From: Paraspadella gotoi
Lineage: Eukaryota; Animalia; Chaetognatha
NCBI GenBank assembly: GCA_051294375.1
Contig: JBJCIZ010000120.1
Coordinates: 1-15,148 of the forward strand
Reading direction: 5' to 3'
DNA: 15,148 nucleotides
Shown here piece by piece: positions 7,179 through 13,871 of the stretch; position 1 is the stretch's first letter; each line of letters starts with the position of its first letter. A model generated the notes under the pieces. That model was not told the origin of the DNA, ran no database searches, and saw only the letters and a program-made list of their open reading frames with translations. Made by a program: the position numbers and the translations under genes.

Positions 7179-8315
7179 TTAAGCATTTTTATATAATTTT
7201 ATGACGAAAGAAAGGGGGGTCGATTTAAAATCAAAAACTTCACTATACGATTTGAAAGAGTCATTTAAAAGTGTAAAATTAATTAAAAACGAGGATTTTA
7301 AAACATCCTCCGATAGCACTTGTCGCTTGATAGAAGAGACGCTATTTTTTAAAGCGGGAAAACCCGTTTGCATATTAACATCGATTAAGCTATTTGTGAC
7401 TCTCCCACGAAATATACAAAAATTAGAGGCCCTGCATATAAAATCCTGAAAAATAATGTACAAATTCTTATTCTCACCATCGATAAAATAAACATATTTA
7501 CTGGAAACGTGTCTAGTGAATGGAAATTGCACCGCGCGCTTGTCCGGACTCTTTTGGTACTCATCTGTGAAACCCATTAAGAGAGCCAAATTTGGTGTCA
7601 TGTATAAATAATAAATAGACGCCCTTTCCATATAAAATTTATTATGTTTGTAAGTAAATCTTATATGATCTTCACTGTCCATGTTCAAACCATCGGCCTG
7701 ACTACAGCAAACAGTCAGTTGTTCCGCCAATTCTTCGAATGATCTGTATTCGACAGTACAGTTGAGTAACTTAAATTGTGCCATGTCGTCTCGGGCTTCC
7801 GTTCCGTCACCACCTTCGTCTCTCTTGTAGTTAGAGTATAGCACCTTGAAGGATATAGTCTTAACAACCCTGGGGATTTTAATGTCTTCGATGGACATGA
7901 ATATTTTCCCGTCTTCTGATGCGTAGTCAAACTGGCTTAGACCTTCGGAGACATAGTAACTAAAATTAGTTTTATTCCGTATGCTGCACTGTGGGGTGTC
8001 TGACGAAACGTGAATTTCCCCAAGCAAACTAAAGTCATTTCGAATTGGTTTATTCCTCCCCTCCAACCGAAAGATGTCCGCCGGCGACAAAATTCTCGTC
8101 TTGGCCACAGTGGCTTCTATTTGAATCGCGGTGGTATATGCTTCCCGACACCTGACAAAAGCGACGCGCAGCGCGAAAGCAACCAAGGTCATTAGAAATA
8201 TCACATCGAATGTTAATTTAACCACATCATTTTGCAACATTTGATCATTTAAAATGTGAATTTGGGAATGGCTCACATTAACGTTTTTCTGATATTCAAC
8301 CAATAATGGGGCCAT
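7179..8315 (-). CDS. Minor capsid (penton, single jelly-roll) protein with ~95-aa N-terminal extension containing a hydrophobic helix; 378 aa
   Basis: Maverick penton-like pattern: IHVSSD...NKTNFSYYV...KIFMSIEDIKIP...YRSFEELAEQL...MTPNLALLMGF...LYIIFQDFI...INFTLLND...FDFKSTPLSFVIKLYK. It lies immediately downstream of the integrase. First ATG is 8315 (MAPLL). Confidence 0.72.
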   Translation of the reverse strand: MAPLLVEYQKNVNVSHSQIHILNDQMLQNDVVKLTFDVIFLMTLVAFALRVAFVRCREAYTTAIQIEATVAKTRILSPADIFRLEGRNKPIRNDFSLLGEIHVSSDTPQCSIRNKTNFSYYVSEGLSQFDYASEDGKIFMSIEDIKIPRVVKTISFKVLYSNYKRDEGGDGTEARDDMAQFKLLNCTVEYRSFEELAEQLTVCCSQADGLNMDSEDHIRFTYKHNKFYMERASIYYLYMTPNLALLMGFTDEYQKSPDKRAVQFPFTRHVSSKYVYFIDGENKNLYIIFQDFICRASNFCIFRGRVTNSLIDVNMQTGFPALKNSVSSIKRQVLSEDVLKSSFLINFTLLNDSFKSYSEVFDFKSTPLSFVIKLYKNA

Positions 8316-8338
8316 CGTGAAACTGAAATTAAACAAAA

Positions 8339-9538
8339 TCACAATAAATCAACGATAGACTTGCTAGCGACAAAAGTTTTATCATAGTTTTTAATTTTAT
8401 ATAAAACATGTTTACCAAAGTTAGTTTCGGATATTACTTTTTCGATCGCGACTTCTGCGTTACGACACGCCTCCAAAAAACTAAGATTTTGAGGCACAAG
8501 TTCTGCCCCCTTAAAAGTTTGGTTTTGCAACTTTTCAAAGTCAAACAAACGACCAAGTACATAACTAGGGGTATCTTGAAATTTAATTACGTCTAATATA
8601 ATGTAATTCTGGTCCGACGTGACACCATACGACTCTTTATTAAATAAGTCTTTAGTTTTATTTTTATATATTTTTACTATAGAGTATTTTTTTAAAGTTT
8701 TCTGTTCGCTATTGAGCATTTCCCGGAAATAATGCGGCCTTTTCTGGATCTTTTTGCTTGTCGTTATCATTAATATGTCACGCGGGCGCAATGTCAGCGC
8801 GGTCGTTGCGCTTATACCCCCCAAGACGTCCAATACTTCGTTGTTCAATTGTTTTTCTAAAATGGGTAAAATTTTTTGTAGGCGCATCTTCGTTTTCGAT
8901 TCGGTTATAAAAGTTTCTAGTTTCTGGCGAATCCTTCTATTACTCCTCTCTGCAATACCACTCCCCGAACTTTTTCTCTCTTCACGGAGTTTAATATTAG
9001 TTAATTTTATATTTTTCGCTTTCATATATTCATTAAAGGCCAATGACGTGAACTCGACCCCACTATCTGTCACCAGTTCTTCAACAGAAACCCCATTTAA
9101 AACTGGTCTGGAAAAAATTCTATCCCAACAGGATTTTTGCGAGGAAAACTGCGTGGATCCCGACAACTCTAAAAATACATATTTACTTAACTCGTCGATG
9201 ACTGAAAGAATTAATCTTTGGCTTGTTCCATAACTGCGATGTTTACTCAACACTATCAAGTCAGCATGAAGTCGCCAAAAAAATTTTGCTCTGCCACTAA
9301 ATTGCTTTGAGGTTTGTTTAATTTTTGCAAACGAAATAGTATTGTTAAATATGGTGGAGCTTTTTTGTTTATGTAAAACTGTTTTTATATCATATGGGTT
9401 AATCTCATGTCCTATCCGCTTTAAATACTTGTGTATTTCTTTTACATTCTTGGATAAATATAATGGAGAATTGGGTTCTAAAATTGCTCTCGTTACTATT
9501 TCCTCTTCTTTCTTTTTGGGCTCGAGCTTCCCTGCCAT
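8339..9538 (-). CDS. int: Retroviral-type (rve) DDE integrase, Maverick c-integrase family, with degenerate C-terminal chromodomain-like tail
   Basis: Catalytic triad in LHADL...VIDELSKY / LVTDSGVEF / GIAERSNRRIRQKL. C-terminal KESYGVTSDQNYII...YVLG...FKGAELV matches the Maverick integrase SH3-like region. Intact 399-aa ORF. Confidence 0.93.
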   Translation of the reverse strand: MAGKLEPKKKEEEIVTRAILEPNSPLYLSKNVKEIHKYLKRIGHEINPYDIKTVLHKQKSSTIFNNTISFAKIKQTSKQFSGRAKFFWRLHADLIVLSKHRSYGTSQRLILSVIDELSKYVFLELSGSTQFSSQKSCWDRIFSRPVLNGVSVEELVTDSGVEFTSLAFNEYMKAKNIKLTNIKLREERKSSGSGIAERSNRRIRQKLETFITESKTKMRLQKILPILEKQLNNEVLDVLGGISATTALTLRPRDILMITTSKKIQKRPHYFREMLNSEQKTLKKYSIVKIYKNKTKDLFNKESYGVTSDQNYIILDVIKFQDTPSYVLGRLFDFEKLQNQTFKGAELVPQNLSFLEACRNAEVAIEKVISETNFGKHVLYKIKNYDKTFVASKSIVDLL

Positions 9539-10314
9539 TCCGAAACTATTTCCGGGTAAAGTTCTAAGCGCACCCGTTTCCTCTTGCGTGGCACTACAGG
9601 GTTTGTCTCAGCGTTGTCCTCGTCGTTGCCGTCGCCGTCGTCCGCCTCCAAGGCGCGCTTTAACGCTTTATCAGTTTGCACCGAATCCTCTAATTCTCGA
9701 CTAGCTTCTTCTGCTGTTTCCTCTGCTACAACTTCACTCGACTGTGGTTCCACTGCTTGTCCAATGGGCGGCTCTGATGACGATGGTGACGAAATCGCAG
9801 AGTCGTCTTTTTCCTTTTCGATCAACGCCAGTTGATCTCTTATGTTCCGACAATCAGAGTCGCGAAAAAAGTTTAAACTAATTTTAGCTAGCATTAAAGC
9901 GTGAAGGAATTGCACCAAACCGATCGGCAATATGGGTGACCTACTTTTAATTAATTTCTTAATTAAAAGTGATATGTCCGTGAAAGGCAGAGTTTTATCG
10001 TTTATTTTTAGTTCAAATGTTCGAGGGTCCCAAGACAAATGAACACTTTTCTGTATCTCATTCAATAACCTCGTTACTAGTGCACCCTCTTGAGGGCCGT
10101 ATTCGGAGAGAATCTTTTGTTTTGACGAGTCGAGAGAGTCGAGCTTGTCCTCAACAGCGGCGGTCTCCGCGGCCAACGCCGCCGCTTCCCCTTTGTCCTC
10201 GATAGGCAAATTTATCAATGCTTTTAGTTTATCCAATTTCTCCTCGCAAGATTCGTCAGCTAGTAGAATGTTTCGCAGTTTAGTCGGTTTTATATGATAA
10301 TCGAAGGTCGCCAT
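9496..10314 (-). CDS. Conserved Maverick/Polinton protein of unknown function (272 aa) with acidic linker and C-terminal NLS-like motifs
   Basis: Core LVTRLLNEIQKSVHLSWDPRTFELKINDKTLPFTDISLLIKKLIK...PIGLVQFLHALMLAKISLNFFRD resembles the (I/L)SW...EL.I....IP.SNI.DL...P.G...F...L protein recalled upstream of Maverick integrases. PRKRKR and PKRKKRK are NLS-like. ATG 10314 is 5 nt after the upstream stop; the end overlaps the integrase start by 43 nt. Confidence 0.75.
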   Translation of the reverse strand: MATFDYHIKPTKLRNILLADESCEEKLDKLKALINLPIEDKGEAAALAAETAAVEDKLDSLDSSKQKILSEYGPQEGALVTRLLNEIQKSVHLSWDPRTFELKINDKTLPFTDISLLIKKLIKSRSPILPIGLVQFLHALMLAKISLNFFRDSDCRNIRDQLALIEKEKDDSAISSPSSSEPPIGQAVEPQSSEVVAEETAEEASRELEDSVQTDKALKRALEADDGDGNDEDNAETNPVVPRKRKRVRLELYPEIVSEWQGSSSPKRKKRK

Positions 10315-10319
10315 TGCAA

Positions 10320-10655
10320 TTAAGCATCTAACATGATGGTACAATTTTTGAAGAAATCGACCAGGACGGAATTGTAGACTATGTTTTTAAAATCGGGAGG
10401 ACTGGCCAAGAGCCTTCTTTTTTTTAAATAAAAGAAGTCCTCCTTGGCCAACTTTTTCAAAAGAATTTTATATTTTTTCAATTTACTTCGAGTTTTTTTA
10501 CCGAAGCAATGCGCCAAGTTGATGTTATTAGTGTTTTTTAGAATTTCAAATAATGTTTTTAAAACCTCATCTGAGACAGATTCTTTGAAAATTTTGCGTT
10601 TCCCGTAACTTTTTTGCAGTTTTTTCAAATTTTTGGAATTTTTACAATATTTCAT
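10320..10655 (-). CDS. Small basic conserved Maverick protein (111 aa)
   Basis: RKIFKESVSDEVLKTLFEILKN...TRSKLKKYKILLKKLA...KKRRLL resembles the Lys-rich ORF recalled directly after the ATPase in Mavericks. ATG 10655 in AAAAAATG context. Confidence 0.7.
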   Translation of the reverse strand: MKYCKNSKNLKKLQKSYGKRKIFKESVSDEVLKTLFEILKNTNNINLAHCFGKKTRSKLKKYKILLKKLAKEDFFYLKKRRLLASPPDFKNIVYNSVLVDFFKNCTIMLDA

Positions 10656-10669
10656 TTTTTCGTTTATTC

Positions 10670-11447
10670 TCAATCTAGATCATCTCCCTTGTGATAACTC
10701 CGCAATGGCTGGTCAGCGTCACAGAACAAAATATCACTATAGACCTCTGGTTTTCTCAGACTCGCCGAAAGACAGACGAGGAGATATGAATACGGCTCCT
10801 TCTGTGTATGACCAGAATAAACGTCGTACAGAGATTGATCTCCTTTCAAATTTAATGAAAATTGATTCATAAAATGTTTCAAATTGGAGAGATTGTTCAG
10901 GGAGCGAAAGAAGATCAAATGAGACGCCTGTGTTACGGCCGAATTGAGGGGATGAGATTTATACAAAGGGCCGTAATTTTGTAATGTTAAAAATACCGCG
11001 ACGATTTTCAGATGATGTACATCAATACTGGCGAGGGTGTTTATAGTACGCTGAAGCTGCTTTTCTTTTTGTATAGACTCTATCTTGTCGTCAATTAATA
11101 TGATTGTCTTATCTGGGATGACCAATGACGCCAAATCTTGTGGAAACTCGGTTAGGAATATTCCCTTTGGAAAAGTGCGTTTTAGTTCCCTGACGTTTTC
11201 GTCCTCTCTACTGTAAATGTATATTAGGTTAGTCACGCAGTTTTCAAATGTTGGATCTTTCTCGAGTAGAATCTGAAAGTATAAAAAAAAAACAAAGGTT
11301 TTAGCATATTTATATATATTTTCTTTGTGAACTCACTTTTTAGAAAGTGATTTACCACAGTGCTTGCGCCAAAAACGCAAACAAAAGAACCACATTTTAT
11401 TTTTGGGTGTCTGAGTAAGACTCCATCGTCAATTCATTATGTGACAT
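10670..11447 (-). CDS. A32/FtsK-like genome-packaging ATPase; exon 1 11447..11337 (frameshifted as assembled), exon 2 11272..10670
   Basis: Exon 2 has Walker B IILIDD, IDVHHLKI, FLTLQN, QASHLIFFR and PYSYLLVCL. Exon 1 reads, across single-base shifts, MSHNE(F)DDGVLLRHPKIKCGSFVCVFGAST(C)GK(S)TFLK, giving a Walker A GxSxxGKS/T. Confidence 0.88.
11273..11336 (-). other. Spliceosomal intron (64 nt) in the ATPase gene, just after Walker A
   Basis: GTGAGT donor at 11336, GCTAA branch-like motif, T10-ATACTTTCAG acceptor at 11273. The downstream ATT CTA CTC GAG (ILLE...) is in frame with ORF 10670..11236. Confidence 0.82.
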
Positions 11448-11824
11448 TTTTTTATTTTAAACAAAAAAAAATATGTAATTCCGAAAGGAAAAAATTAAAA
11501 TGATTATTAATATTATTGTTTTTACAATTTATAGCAAAACTCTTTCCTCTTCCTCTTCCCGCTTTCCATTGCCGGAAAATTTTTTTTTATTTAATTTCCA
11601 TAGAAATTAAAAATTCTCATATAATTTGACAATTCTACGTAATTTTTTAATTCTCAGCGAGCCTAGAAATTTTTACGAAAGAATTAGGAAAAAATGGTTT
11701 TCTGTCTGAATATTTACAAAAATTAATACAAATTAGGTAAAAACTATTGCATAGAAAATTTGAGAAAAAAAATTATCTGACTAAATTCTCACACAAAATA
11801 CAAATTTTCACAGACCTTCGAAAT

Positions 11825-12592
11825 GTTCCGCAATCCTGTCACCATCCTAATGTCCATATCAACACTCAAGAGTGAGCTTGTCGTGCCAAAAGATTATGCT
11901 CCTCAACGGATTATTGGAAAAGAAAAAACTTATCCTAGACATATATGAAGACAATGGCCATAACAGAAAGACTTTACAAAAAATTACTGATGAATACCAT
12001 CCGTCAGATAAAAGCCGAAAACAAAGACAACTACAGCAACAACACAGACGTACTACAACGATCACAACAACAACCAACTGTAGCAAACCTTTTTGCTGAA
12101 CTGGCTTTCCATAACGACACAAAATACGAACTCCGCCCTTATGCTACACTTCCATACCTTCCAAGTATCACCCAACAACTGCAAAGAGCTTTTAAAAGGC
12201 AGGAGCATCACTCTTTAGCAGGAGCGGAAGACGCTGGCAAACATCCTCTGCGCCCCAAACAAAACAAAGCCGTCGCCAAAAAAGGGACGCGGAATCTATA
12301 GCTTTCGTTGCTCTTGCTCTCCTAAGGCTCGATACATTGGAGAAACCTGTCGTAGTTTTGAAACTCGAACGGCAGAACACAAAGAGCAGCCGAGTCAGGT
12401 AATTGGCGTCATTCCGGCTTGACACAACATCGAGAGCATTGCGATGCCCTTTCATCTGGAACCTGAAATCATCTCTCAGCCACGAATCAAAAACCAAAGA
12501 ATGCTCAAGCACCATCTAAGAGTGAAGAAGCTCTTTTGATTCTCATTTTGATTGTGGACCAGGCAAAGGGTCAACGAGACAAAGGAGCATAC
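11825..12592 (+). mobile_element. Penelope-like retroelement, 5'-truncated and frameshifted: RT C-terminal helical region, linker and GIY-YIG endonuclease
   Basis: Across frames: VPQSCHHPNVHINT..ACRAKRLCSS..LLEK..LILDIYEDNGHNRKTLQKI; PYATLPYLPSITQQLQRAFK; LANILCAPNKTKPSPKKGR-GIYSFRCSCSPKARYIGETCRSFETRTAEH (12291-12380); HSGLTQHREHC; LRV.EALLI; G.N.DKG at the end. This is the typical PLE C-terminal architecture. Confidence 0.88.
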
Positions 12593-12609
12593 TCTAACTC
12601 TAACTCTAA
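12592..12609 (+). repeat. (CTCTAA)3 short tandem repeat at the end of the Penelope-like coding region
   Basis: Seen directly. Confidence 0.7.
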
Positions 12610-13160
12610 TTTAACAAAAGCTGTGTAAATAATTTTGGATTAAAATATAAATAAACCTCTGAAAAGGTATCCTAACCGGAAGTAAAGTGACAAGAATGCG
12701 GGAAACTAATATATGAAGGAAAATCTATACTGAGACAAAAATGAGGGTAAAAAAAGGAGGAGGAGACCCTGGGAGGAGGATTGAAGAGGAGGTGAATGAG
12801 AAGGAGGGGGTAATAGACCCGCGTCTGTCTATACCTTATATACTGGGCCCCTCTCTTGGGTCAAGATGGCGTATCAGGCCTTGAATGGCGTGAGACGTCA
12901 TCGTGCTGGTGCGTAGTGAGAGTGCCTAACCGTGTGAAATTGTGAATGTGAGGAGGGGTAAAGAAGAGAATGGGTTTGGGTGTGGGGTACAGGTCATCAT
13001 TAAAACAAATCAATTGGAGGGGGGTCACAGTCTTAATAGAAACAGGTGGGGTTGATGATGATATTTGAAGAAGGTGATTCAAGTTTGTATTTGATGTGGG
13101 TGATAATTCGGCGACATTGGTGATCATAAGGGAAACATAAAACAAGATAAAGGAGGCGAA

Positions 13161-13871
13161 GTGATTATATATGTAGCTTCTTGGGAGGCGCGGAACGAGG
13201 ACGAGGGCATCAACGGCGGCGTCAACGACGAAATCGACGTCCCCACCCCTTCTCCTCCCCCCTCGCCGCCGCCTCGCGGCCGGCGACCCGGCTTACGAAC
13301 TCGAAACGTTTCTCCATCAACTAGAACTCTTCGACCACGAAACGTGAAAAACTTATCCGCACATGTTGTCCACCCTCCGCCTCCGGCTCCGCCATCGACC
13401 TCTCCCCCACCTCCGACACTCCCTTCCGCTCCAGAATCCGCCGAAAACTGCATTCAAACTGATAAAACGGTGCCAGAAAGCAAAAATAAACACAACGTAA
13501 ACAACGATGTAAACAAAGATTCAAACAATCCAATCTCATCGCCCCCATCACAACAACAACAAGAAAGCGAGTGCGATTTCGAAAGCGTTACTTCCCCCAC
13601 GTTTTCCCCTCGCCTTTCCACTCCCTCTCCCCCCTCCCCCTCCCCCAAAAATCTCCCTCAACAATTCTCGCGCCCTACTCCCGAAAGTTTTTCGTGGCGA
13701 GCAAATCGACAAAGAACAGGCGCCAATCACGTTACGTCAACACAGCGCTCTTACGCGCCGGTCTTAGCCCAGATCATGCGCGATCTCAACGAGACTCACC
13801 CTGCAACCGAATCGAACTACTCCAATGAACGGATCAGTCAAACAAAACTTTATTCTTCCCTGTTTAAGTAA
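13161..13871 (+). CDS. Pro/Ser/Thr-rich, likely disordered protein or exon; no ATG near its 5' end, affiliation unknown
   Basis: 236 open codons in a C-rich island followed by an abrupt AT-rich tract after the stop; many SP/TP sites; starts at GTG, so probably 5'-incomplete. Confidence 0.45.
   Translation: MIIYVASWEARNEDEGINGGVNDEIDVPTPSPPPSPPPRGRRPGLRTRNVSPSTRTLRPRNVKNLSAHVVHPPPPAPPSTSPPPPTLPSAPESAENCIQTDKTVPESKNKHNVNNDVNKDSNNPISSPPSQQQQESECDFESVTSPTFSPRLSTPSPPSPSPKNLPQQFSRPTPESFSWRANRQRTGANHVTSTQRSYAPVLAQIMRDLNETHPATESNYSNERISQTKLYSSLFK

Larger units (their letters stand above)
1..11447 (-). mobile_element. Maverick/Polinton (adintovirus-like) endogenous virus, internal segment; continues beyond the left edge, right boundary not determined
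   Basis: Co-oriented cluster of packaging ATPase, DDE integrase, minor capsid and double-jelly-roll major capsid genes, plus two small proteins resembling conserved Maverick ORFs. This combination is diagnostic of Mavericks/Polintons. Confidence 0.93.

Noticed and set aside
11859-12515. ORFs 11872..12099 and 11945..12301 as stand-alone genes; minus-strand ORFs 11859..12122 and 12192..12515
   Set aside because: The plus-strand ORFs are frameshifted pieces of one Penelope-like protein; the minus-strand ones are antisense to it.
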